NCBI GenBank assembly: GCA_031411295.1
Contig: JANOAV010000069.1
Coordinates: forward strand, 1 to 27,225
Direction of reading: 5' to 3'
Length of the DNA stretch: 27,225 bases
Source: Verrucomicrobiales bacterium
GTDB lineage: Bacteria > Verrucomicrobiota > Verrucomicrobiia > Verrucomicrobiales > V1-33
The notes beneath the pieces are model-generated. The model did no database searches, was not told where the DNA came from, and was given only the letters and a program-made list of their open reading frames with translations. This document shows positions 7,635 to 15,403 of the stretch, in pieces (position 1 is the stretch's first letter; the number at the start of each line of letters is the position of its first letter). Position numbers and translations under genes: made by a program.

Positions 7635-8489
7635 ATGAAACTTGTGCTCCAAACCATTCAAGATGGCGCTGCCTACCTCGAAAAACGCGGGGTGGAGCAG
7701 GCTCGCCTCAACATGGAGCACCTGTTAGCCCATGTGCTCAAATGCCAGCGCATGCAGCTGTATCTTTGGTTCGAACGTCCGCTCGCGGAGCACGAATTGG
7801 CTCCGCTGCGGGAACTAACCGTGCGACGTGGCAAACGTGAACCGCTCCAGCATTTGCTGGGAACGGTGGAGTTCCATGGCCGGGAGTTTACGACCGATGG
7901 TCGGGCGCTGATCCCGCGGCCGGAGACCGAAGAGTTGGTGGATCGCCTCATTCGCCAGGCGAAAGCCCACCCCAGCCCACCAGCCCGCGTGTTGGACATG
8001 GGCACGGGATCGGGTATCATCGGGCTTACGCTCGCGCACACGTGGACGGAAGCGCAAGTAACGCTGGCCGACATTTCCCCAGCGGCCTTGGAACTGGCGA
8101 AACACAATGCGCAGACCACCGGAGCTGATCCCGCCAGACTCACTTGGGTGCAGTCGGATCTCTGGGAAAATTTAGCCGACGCGCAGTTCGACCTCGTCGT
8201 AGCGAACCTGCCTTACATCCCGGCCGCCGACATGGCGACTCTGAGCGCGGAGGTTCAGCAGGACCCTGCCCTGGCGCTGGATGGCGGCAGCGTGGGCACG
8301 GAAATCATCGTGCGCTTCCTGCGCGGGTTGCCGGAACATTTGACCGCCGGCGGCCAAGTGGCTCTGGAAATCGGCCCCGGCCAAGGCGCGGAATTGTGCC
8401 AAGTGCTTACAGAACTTGGTTTCACCAACGCCACTGCGACCATGGATTATTCAGAGCGGGAACGCTTTGTCTTTGCGGAGAAGATTTGA
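7635..8489 (+). CDS. prmC: Release factor glutamine methyltransferase (PrmC/HemK)
   Basis: RR..REPLQHLLG, LIPRPETEEL, VLDMGTGSG, ANLPYI (NPPY variant) and ALDGG. Confidence 0.93.
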   Translation: MKLVLQTIQDGAAYLEKRGVEQARLNMEHLLAHVLKCQRMQLYLWFERPLAEHELAPLRELTVRRGKREPLQHLLGTVEFHGREFTTDGRALIPRPETEELVDRLIRQAKAHPSPPARVLDMGTGSGIIGLTLAHTWTEAQVTLADISPAALELAKHNAQTTGADPARLTWVQSDLWENLADAQFDLVVANLPYIPAADMATLSAEVQQDPALALDGGSVGTEIIVRFLRGLPEHLTAGGQVALEIGPGQGAELCQVLTELGFTNATATMDYSERERFVFAEKI

Positions 8490-8574
8490 CCAACGGGCGA
8501 AGCGGGGTATGGAGATAACCACACCATTCTGCACCACCCCGATTTAACCATCCTCTTTCCCTTATCCCTATCCG

Positions 8575-9837
8575 ATGGAAAAACTTCTCGTTCAAGGAGG
8601 GAGCACCCTGTCAGGCGATATTCTTGTCAGCGGCTCCAAGAACTCCTCCCTTCCAATCCTAGCCGCTACCCTGCTCACCGCGGATGAGTGCCGGATCTCC
8701 CGGGTGCCGGATCTTAGCGATACCAACTACATGCTGCAAATCCTACAGAATCTGGGCGCGGAAGTGGAGCGCCATAGCGGCACGGCCATCATCAAGGCGG
8801 AGAAAATTAAGAGCGAGGCCCCGTATGATTTAGTGCGCAAGATGCGCGCCTCGATCTGCGTGATGGGGCCGCTGTTAGGTCGATTGGGGGAAGCCAGTGT
8901 GTCCCTGCCCGGTGGCTGCATCATCGGGGATCGCCCGGTGGATCTGCATTTGAAAGGACTGGGGGAACTGGGCGCGGATGTGAATGTGGATGGCGGAAAT
9001 ATTCTGGTGAGGAAAACCGATCGTTACCACGGTCGGGAAATCAATCTGCGGGGTAAACATGGTTCCACGGTGCTGGGAACCGACAATTTACTCATGGCGG
9101 CCACCCTGACGCCCGGTCTGACAATCATCGAAGGCGCAGCGGCAGAACCGGAAGTGGTGGATTTGGCGAATTTCCTCAACAAAATGGGCGCTAAAATTAC
9201 TGGTGCCGGCACCCGTCGCATCGAAATCGAAGGCGTGAAGGAACTGCATGGGGCGGATCATGAAGTGATTCCCGACCGGATTGAAGCGGGCACCTTCCTC
9301 GTGGCCGGAGCCTTGGCCGGGGAGCAATTGTATATCCGCCGCATGGTGCCAGAGCATCTGGAGCCGGTGATCGGGCTGCTCAAGGCGTGCGGTTTCCCGG
9401 TGGAAGTGGGAGCTGATTGGGTGAAAGTTTCCCGCTCGGAGAATCCCCGCGGCGGAGAAATTCGCACCGAGCCCTATCCTGGCTTCCCCACCGATATGCA
9501 GGCGCAATTCTGCGCCATGTTCGCCACCGTGCCCGGCATTTCCGTGGTCACCGAAACGATTTTCCAACAACGTTTCATGCACGTCCCCGAACTGGCCCGG
9601 ATGGGTGCCAACATCAAGATGGAGGGCCCCACCGCCGTCATCAAAGGCGTGGACCAACTGAAGGCCGCCCCAGTCATGGCCAGCGATCTGCGCGCTTCCG
9701 CCGCGCTCGTGCTGGCCGCCTTGACCGCCAAGGGCACCACGGAAATCAACCGCCTCTACCACATTGACCGTGGCTATGAACACATCGATGACAAACTCCG
9801 CGCGGTGGGTGCCCAAATGCAACGAGCCCGCGAGTAG
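8575..9837 (+). CDS. murA: UDP-N-acetylglucosamine 1-carboxyvinyltransferase
   Basis: [26 protein letters not shown] (catalytic Cys), [22 protein letters not shown] and HIDRGYE. Confidence 0.97.
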   Translation: MEKLLVQGGSTLSGDILVSGSKNSSLPILAATLLTADECRISRVPDLSDTNYMLQILQNLGAEVERHSGTAIIKAEKIKSEAPYDLVRKMRASICVMGPLLGRLGEASVSLPGGCIIGDRPVDLHLKGLGELGADVNVDGGNILVRKTDRYHGREINLRGKHGSTVLGTDNLLMAATLTPGLTIIEGAAAEPEVVDLANFLNKMGAKITGAGTRRIEIEGVKELHGADHEVIPDRIEAGTFLVAGALAGEQLYIRRMVPEHLEPVIGLLKACGFPVEVGADWVKVSRSENPRGGEIRTEPYPGFPTDMQAQFCAMFATVPGISVVTETIFQQRFMHVPELARMGANIKMEGPTAVIKGVDQLKAAPVMASDLRASAALVLAALTAKGTTEINRLYHIDRGYEHIDDKLRAVGAQMQRARE

Positions 9838-9847
9838 CCAAAGAGCA

Positions 9848-10138
9848 ATGATCCGACCCAACACCGAAGAACGCGAACTGGCTTGGCTGGGAGATGCTGT
9901 GCTTTCACTCTTTGCGCGAGGCTACATTTTGCGTGAAGGCAAGGGCATGAACCCCCAGCAACTGGCGGCCATGACTTCGAATCAATTCCTCAGTTGCTTC
10001 GGCAATCCGACCGCCGTCGAGGCTCAGATCGGCACGGTCTATCAAATCGAGGGCTTGGAGGCCGCCTTCGCCAAAATCGAGGCCGATCTCCTCCCGCTTT
10101 TCCTCAAGCAGTGGCGCAAGCAAGTGAAGCTGCACTAA
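9848..10138 (+). CDS. Very small RNase III-domain protein (Mini-III-like, 96 aa)
   Basis: LAWLGDAVLSL signature, SNQFL, and TAVEAQIGTVY...GLEAA second catalytic helix. No dsRBD. ATG 9848 lies 10 nt after the murA stop. Confidence 0.7.
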   Translation: MIRPNTEERELAWLGDAVLSLFARGYILREGKGMNPQQLAAMTSNQFLSCFGNPTAVEAQIGTVYQIEGLEAAFAKIEADLLPLFLKQWRKQVKLH

Positions 10139-10157
10139 AATTCTCTCCTCCAGACCC

Positions 10158-10835
10158 GTGGCCCCGCCCGCAGCGCCCTCCATCAAACTCATCGTCGGCC
10201 TCGGCAACCCCGGCCATGAATACGTCCGCACGCGACACAACGTTGGTTTCATGGTGCTGGACGCGCTGGCATCCCAATGGCGCTTTAGTTTCAACGAGCA
10301 CACCAAATGGAAGGCCGAACTAGCCAAACATCAGCAACTCTATTTCCTCAAACCCCTCACTTTCATGAACTTGAGCGGTCAGGCGGTCCAAGCCTGCGCG
10401 CAGTTCTACAAGATCAAGCCAGAGGAAGTTTTGTTGATCTATGACGATGTCGCCCTGCCGATTGGGAAGCTCCGATTGCGGCCCAGCGGGTCTGCCGGAG
10501 GACATAATGGCATCAAAAGCATCATCCAGCATTTGGGCACCGATCAATTCCCGCGCATCAAAATTGGCATCGGCGGAGCGGAAAAATCCTCCCTCAGCGG
10601 GCATGTCTTGGGTCGATTTTCCGTTGCGGAGCAGGAATCGGTTGATAAATCGCTTGCTCGCGCGGCGGATGCTGTCAAAATGTGCGCCCTCCATGGCTGG
10701 GCCGCTGCCATGCAATTCTTCAATACTGAAGAGAAACCGGCCACCCCAAAACCCGTCGCCAAGCCCAAGCCGCCAACGCCGGAATCCACTCTCCAAACAC
10801 CATCCAAACCACCCGAACCCTCCCATGAAACGTAA
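10158..10835 (+). CDS. pth: Peptidyl-tRNA hydrolase with a Pro-rich C-terminal tail
   Basis: LIVGLGNPG..Y..TRHNVGF, KPLTFMNLSG, GSAGGHNGIKS and VLGRF. The 3' end overlaps the rpsF start by 11 nt. Confidence 0.95.
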   Translation: MAPPAAPSIKLIVGLGNPGHEYVRTRHNVGFMVLDALASQWRFSFNEHTKWKAELAKHQQLYFLKPLTFMNLSGQAVQACAQFYKIKPEEVLLIYDDVALPIGKLRLRPSGSAGGHNGIKSIIQHLGTDQFPRIKIGIGGAEKSSLSGHVLGRFSVAEQESVDKSLARAADAVKMCALHGWAAAMQFFNTEEKPATPKPVAKPKPPTPESTLQTPSKPPEPSHET

Positions 10836-11154
10836 TTACGAAGGACTCATCGTCCTCAACACCCTTGGCAAAGAAGACTCCACGGACACCCTCGTGAGCA
10901 ACCTAGGCCGCGAAATCGAAGCCGAAGGCGCCAAGCTGGAGCAGATCGACAAAATCGGGAAGCGCAAATTCCCTTACGGTTCCAAGCACCAGACCGAAGG
11001 TTACTACGTCAACTATCATTTCACCGCCGAGCCCACCGTCATCGAGAAGCTCCTCGCCAAACTAAAGCTCAACTCCGTGGTGCACCAACAGCATTACCAA
11101 GTGCGTCGCCCTGAGCACGTCAAGAGCGTGAAGAGTGTCAAGAAGGCCAGCTAA
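10825..11154 (+). CDS. rpsF: 30S ribosomal protein S6
   Basis: MKRNYEGLIVL...GKRKFPY...EGYYVNYHF. This is the C-terminal part of track ORF 10441..11154, with the true start at ATG 10825. Confidence 0.9.
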   Translation: MKRNYEGLIVLNTLGKEDSTDTLVSNLGREIEAEGAKLEQIDKIGKRKFPYGSKHQTEGYYVNYHFTAEPTVIEKLLAKLKLNSVVHQQHYQVRRPEHVKSVKSVKKAS

Positions 11155-11192
11155 GCCAGTTGGCGAGTAATCGCTACCAGACTAAATTTACG

Positions 11193-11223
11193 AAAAGAGC
11201 GAGGAGCAATTCCTCGCTCTTTT
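11193..11223 (+). terminator. Intrinsic (bidirectional-type) terminator after rpsF
   Basis: Perfect stem AAAAGAGCGAGGA-GCAAT-TCCTCGCTCTTTT. Confidence 0.85.
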
Positions 11224-11484
11224 GCTGTTTTTGGGCGTGCTTGGGGTGAACTTTAGACGAACGCCTTTAGGTGGAACAGAAGAGGGGGGGAAATTATCTT
11301 GGACAGGAAGTGGCACATCCGTTGGTGTCCAGACTTTAGGCGCTTCAACGCGACCGCAGCTTTCGGCGCGTGACTCTGGTGGGGCTAATGCTGGCGCAAG
11401 CCCGCAGAAATGTCCCGGGCGAATTCAGATGTCTGATTCACGGGGAGGGTTCGACGGGCTGAAGCCCAAGGACTACGGTCCCTT

Positions 11485-11679
11485 AAAGTAGTCATCATCG
11501 CTCCGCGTGATGACCTGCGCGATTTCCCTATCCTGCCACCGCTACGAATCACCCTACGCCAGCGTCCCTGCCATGCGCCGTTGATTGATGGCAAAGCCGT
11601 CCTGCGCTAGGCAGACTGGCTCCGAACTCGGATGCGCACGCTAACGCCTGCCGTCACGCGGAGCGATGACGGCTACTTT
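11485..11679. repeat. REPIN-like doublet (GTAG-type REP)
   Basis: AAAGTAGTCATCATCGCTCCGCGTGATGAC (11485-11514) and inverted GCCGTCACGCGGAGCGATGACGGCTACTTT (11650-11679). The 30-nt arms differ by 4 transitions and each arm is self-palindromic. Confidence 0.8.
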
Positions 11680-11770
11680 GCGAGCAGCTTTATGGCGGGG
11701 CCAAGTCGGTTGTGCTGTTAGCCAAACCTCGGCAAAGCTGATACCACAAGGTTTTGGGCCCTAAGTAAGC

Positions 11771-11827
11771 GCCATTCGGCTTCAGCCCACGGTTGATCAC
11801 GAAGACTAGCATGTCGCGTAGCGACAT
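11771..11827. repeat. Degenerate multi-hairpin REP-like remnant
   Basis: GCC...GGCTTCAGCCCACGG (11771-11792), followed 18 nt later by the hairpin ATGTCGC-GTA-GCGACAT (11811-11827). Confidence 0.4.
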
Positions 11828-11887
11828 CGGAACTCAACACGAAGAGCGGGAGGCACGATGCATACGCAGCGATGATCCCATGTGTCC

Positions 11888-12655
11888 TCATTTCACCAGC
11901 GGCAAGAGCGGACGCAGGGCCTCGGCCCACAAGGCATATCCGGCATTGCTCGGGTGCAGCGCATCTGGCATGAGATCGGCGGAGATACTCCCATCGGCAC
12001 CGAGAAATTTCGCGCCAATGTCCAGGAAGGTGACGCCATGCAGCAGCGCGATCTGCTTTGCGGCTGCCTCATTGATTGCCACAACCTTGGCTCGGTTGGC
12101 ATCGGCGGCGGTGCGGCCCCTGGGGAAGACGCCCATCACCACCAACTTGGCGGTAGGGCACTTGGTGAGGCACCGTTTGGCGACCGCAGCGATGCCTGCG
12201 GCAATTTCCTCAGGAGTGCAGGCCCGGCAATTCTTCGTCTGGGCCAGATTGTTGGTTCCGATATTCAGGACGATGAGTTTGGGCTCCAGCCCATCCAATT
12301 CCCCGTGGTCAAGGCGCCAAAGCACATTCTGGGTGCGATCCCAACCAAAACCACAATTTAGCACGGGCCGCTCCCCGAAAAGTTCCTTCCAACTGGCCGC
12401 TCCCCGATTCCCCTTGGTTTCCACTGGCAAGCCGCCCCAAAGATGCGTGATGGAGTCCCCCAGCATGACAATCTCCGGTCGCACTTCCGCTTTGATTTTG
12501 AGGATCTCCGCATGGCGCTGCTCCCAGTTATAGAAATCCTGCTCCAGCTTGGAGGCCGGAATCAGGGCTGGATTATCCGTCGCGGCGGGAACATCGGCCA
12601 GGATCGGGGTGCCGCAGGCAAGGACGCAGACAAGGCTGGCAAGGAAACGTTTCAT
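11888..12655 (-). CDS. Secreted SGNH/GDSL hydrolase (PAF-acetylhydrolase-like esterase)
   Basis: GDSIT, NCGFGWDRTQNVLWR, IGTNN and DALHP. Signal peptide from ATG 12655 (MKRFLASLV). Confidence 0.9.
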   Translation of the reverse strand: MKRFLASLVCVLACGTPILADVPAATDNPALIPASKLEQDFYNWEQRHAEILKIKAEVRPEIVMLGDSITHLWGGLPVETKGNRGAASWKELFGERPVLNCGFGWDRTQNVLWRLDHGELDGLEPKLIVLNIGTNNLAQTKNCRACTPEEIAAGIAAVAKRCLTKCPTAKLVVMGVFPRGRTAADANRAKVVAINEAAAKQIALLHGVTFLDIGAKFLGADGSISADLMPDALHPSNAGYALWAEALRPLLPLVK

Positions 12656-12777
12656 GATCGCCAGCCATGGCACAGGAGCAGGAAAATTTCACCTGGTTTT
12701 ATCTTCCTGCGCTCGGATTCACCCCTTGTTTCAGCATTAGCAGTTGCAGTGGAGCAGCAGTCACCACCTATTGGTTC

Positions 12778-13935
12778 ATGGAAAATTTCACCTTTCACAA
12801 TCCCACGAAGATCCTTTTTGGCAGCGGTCAGATTGCCAGCCTCACGACGTTAGTGCCAACCTCTGCGGTCGTGCTACTGGTCTCTGGCGGCGGCTCCATT
12901 TTCAAAAATGGCGTGCACGCGCAAGTGATGACGGCTTTGGCGAACCATCGCGTCATTGAGTTCGGCGGGGTGGAAGCCAACCCAGATTACGACACGCTGA
13001 TGAAGGCCGTGGAACTGGCGCGCCAGGAAGCCAACGTCTTCGTGCTGGCGGTTGGTGGTGGTTCGGTGCTGGATGGGGCGAAGTTTATTGCAGCGGCCGC
13101 AAACTACGCGGGAGATCCGTGGGCGATGCTGCAGGATCACGGAGCCTCCATCCACTCAGCGCTGCCGCTGGGGACCGTGCTGACTCTGCCCGGCACCGGC
13201 AGTGAGGCCAACGGAGCCGCGGTGATTAGCCGACGGGCATGGCAGGAGAAGCTGCATTTCATTTCTCCGCATGTTTTTCCCACGTTCTCGATTCTGGATC
13301 CTAACGTGACAATGTCCCTGCCCACGGTGCAAACCGCTAACGGGATAGGCGATGCCTTCGTCCATGTGCTGGAGCAATATTTGACCTTCCCGGTCAACGC
13401 CGCCGTGCAGGATCGTTTCGCGGAGAGCATCCTTAAAGTATTGATCGACGAAAGCACGAAGGTCCTGGCGCAGCCGGACAACTACGATGCGCGCGCCAAC
13501 ATCATGTGGGCGACCACGATGGCCTTGAATGGAATTCTGTCCCCGGGCGTGCCGCAGGACTGGGCCAGCCACATGATCGGCCATGAACTCACCGCGCTCC
13601 ATGGCATCGACCACGCGCGGACGCTGGCGGTGGTCCTGCCGAGCCTGTTAGTGGTGAAACGTCAGGAGAAATGGGACAAGCTGCTGCAATACGGGGAGCG
13701 CGTCTGGGACCTCCGCACGGGCACTCCGGAAGAACGCGTGGATGCCGCCATCGCCCAGACCCGCGCATGGTTCGAGGGCTTGGGGATCGGCACTCGGTTG
13801 AGCGATTATGTAGCCCCCGACAACACCGCGGTGAAAGTGGCGGAGCGCCTGGCCGCACGCGGCATGACCGCGCTGGGCGAGCGCGCCGACATCTCTCCAG
13901 CCACGGTTACGGATATCCTGACCCGGGCGGCCTAG
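12778..13935 (+). CDS. yqhD: NADPH-dependent iron-containing alcohol dehydrogenase / aldehyde reductase (YqhD/BDH type)
   Basis: MENFTFHNPTKILFG, GGGSI and GGGSVLD, TLPGTGSE, DAFVH, WASHMIGHE and HARTLA. Start at ATG 12778. Confidence 0.9.
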   Translation: MENFTFHNPTKILFGSGQIASLTTLVPTSAVVLLVSGGGSIFKNGVHAQVMTALANHRVIEFGGVEANPDYDTLMKAVELARQEANVFVLAVGGGSVLDGAKFIAAAANYAGDPWAMLQDHGASIHSALPLGTVLTLPGTGSEANGAAVISRRAWQEKLHFISPHVFPTFSILDPNVTMSLPTVQTANGIGDAFVHVLEQYLTFPVNAAVQDRFAESILKVLIDESTKVLAQPDNYDARANIMWATTMALNGILSPGVPQDWASHMIGHELTALHGIDHARTLAVVLPSLLVVKRQEKWDKLLQYGERVWDLRTGTPEERVDAAIAQTRAWFEGLGIGTRLSDYVAPDNTAVKVAERLAARGMTALGERADISPATVTDILTRAA

Positions 13936-13936
13936 C

Positions 13937-15403
13937 ATGTCCTGGCTGATCACCGGAGCCACCGACGGCATCGGCTTGGCACTGGCGCGCCAATGTCAGG
14001 CCCTGGGGGTTGCTACCATCCTGCTAGGCAGAAAACCGCTGGATGAACTGCCAGCCGATCTCTTCTCCGCAGATAACTATCTCTCGGTGGACCTGGCGGC
14101 TCCGACCGCTGCCGAGCAAGTGACGACATGGCTTGATGCCCACGGGGTGAGTCGCCTGCGTGGACTGGTCCATAATGCGGCAACCGGCTGGGTGGGAAAT
14201 TTAGTCGAACAGCCGGTGGATTCGATCCAGCAGATCACGCAAGTGAACGTAATCGCCCCCATTTTGTTAACCCGAGCGTTGGCATCCAGAGTGGATCGCG
14301 TGGCCTTTATCAGCAGCGTGGTGGCGGAATGGGGTGCTGCTGGGTATGCGGTTTATGCCGCCAGCAAGGCCGCGTTGAACGCCTTCACGCGCAGCCTGCG
14401 GGCGGAGCAGCCGGGATTTCTGGTGCAAACCCTGCATCTGGGGGCGGTGCGCACCGGGCTGCATCAAAAATGCGGCTGGGAGGTCCCTCCAAGCATGTTA
14501 GCCAAATTTCCGCCGCCAGCCACCGCAGCCGATTGGATCTGGCGGCAGCTGGCTAGCTCGAAAACTCAGGCCACGATGGGCTGGATCAATGGAATCATTC
14601 GTTGGTTAGGCGAGGTGGCTAAATTCCCCCGAGCCGGGCGGCATCGCGTCAGGCCTGCACCAGGGAAACCATTGCGAGTCTTGCTCACGGGCGCTAGTCA
14701 AGGCATCGGAGCCGCTTTGATGGCTGAATTCCGCGCCCGTGGATGTTCTGTTATTGGCGTGGATCTGCAGCCGAATGGGCAGGGAATTTTGCCATTGGAT
14801 CTGGCGAAACCAGCTACTTGGGATTCGTTCTGGCCATCGATAGCACAGCCGTTTGATCTGGTGATCCACAATGCCGGCATCAGCGCCACCGGGCCATTTG
14901 CCAGCATAGCGGAGACCGTATCAGCCCGCGTGGTGGCGGTAAATTTCACGGGGCCGATGCGGTTGAACGCGGAACTCTTCGCCCGGGGACTGATTTCAGC
15001 GCAGGGCGATTTCATTTTCATTTCCTCGCTGAGCTACTATGCCGGCTACCCAGGAGCCAACGTGTATGCCGCCACCAAGGCTGGGTTGGCGGCGTATGGC
15101 CATGGACTGCGGGCTGCCAGGAAGGGATCAGGCGGACGCGTGCTCAATGTCTTTCCCGGACCCGTGCGCACTGCCCATGCGCGGGAACACAGTCCAGACA
15201 ACCGTTACGAACACAAACGCATGGACCCGGCGGTTCTGGCCGCGGCCATCCATGCCGCCTGGCAGCGGGGTTCGCAGCGTTTGGTGCCCGGCACGGGAAA
15301 TAAAATCAGCGCCCTGCTGGCGTGGCTCTTTCCCCGCACCATGACCGCCTTGATGCGGAAGTTGTTATTTATTAAGATGCAATCCTACACTCCTACCAAA
15401 TGA
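13937..15403 (+). CDS. Tandem double short-chain dehydrogenase/reductase
   Basis: Domain 1 has TGATDGIG, HNAA, ISS and YAASK. Domain 2 has TGASQGIG, HNAG, ISS and YAATK. Confidence 0.85.
   Translation: MSWLITGATDGIGLALARQCQALGVATILLGRKPLDELPADLFSADNYLSVDLAAPTAAEQVTTWLDAHGVSRLRGLVHNAATGWVGNLVEQPVDSIQQITQVNVIAPILLTRALASRVDRVAFISSVVAEWGAAGYAVYAASKAALNAFTRSLRAEQPGFLVQTLHLGAVRTGLHQKCGWEVPPSMLAKFPPPATAADWIWRQLASSKTQATMGWINGIIRWLGEVAKFPRAGRHRVRPAPGKPLRVLLTGASQGIGAALMAEFRARGCSVIGVDLQPNGQGILPLDLAKPATWDSFWPSIAQPFDLVIHNAGISATGPFASIAETVSARVVAVNFTGPMRLNAELFARGLISAQGDFIFISSLSYYAGYPGANVYAATKAGLAAYGHGLRAARKGSGGRVLNVFPGPVRTAHAREHSPDNRYEHKRMDPAVLAAAIHAAWQRGSQRLVPGTGNKISALLAWLFPRTMTALMRKLLFIKMQSYTPTK

Noticed and set aside
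8201..8216. PrmC NLPY instead of NPPY as a sign of inactivation
   Set aside because: All other motifs are intact, and NLPY is a natural variant in HemK-family proteins.
10441..10824. Long in-frame extension of rpsF or a pth-rpsF frameshift fusion
   Set aside because: It overlaps the conserved pth core in another frame, no slippery signal is evident, and S6 homology begins at 10825.
11381..11480. tmRNA-like start (GGGGCTAATGCTGG ... TTCGACGGG)
   Set aside because: The spacing is wrong, there is no tRNA-like 3' end with CCA, and the TTCGACGGG overlaps a REP-like unit.
11793..12533. 246-aa plus-strand ORF
   Set aside because: It is antisense to the SGNH hydrolase and has no recognisable motifs.
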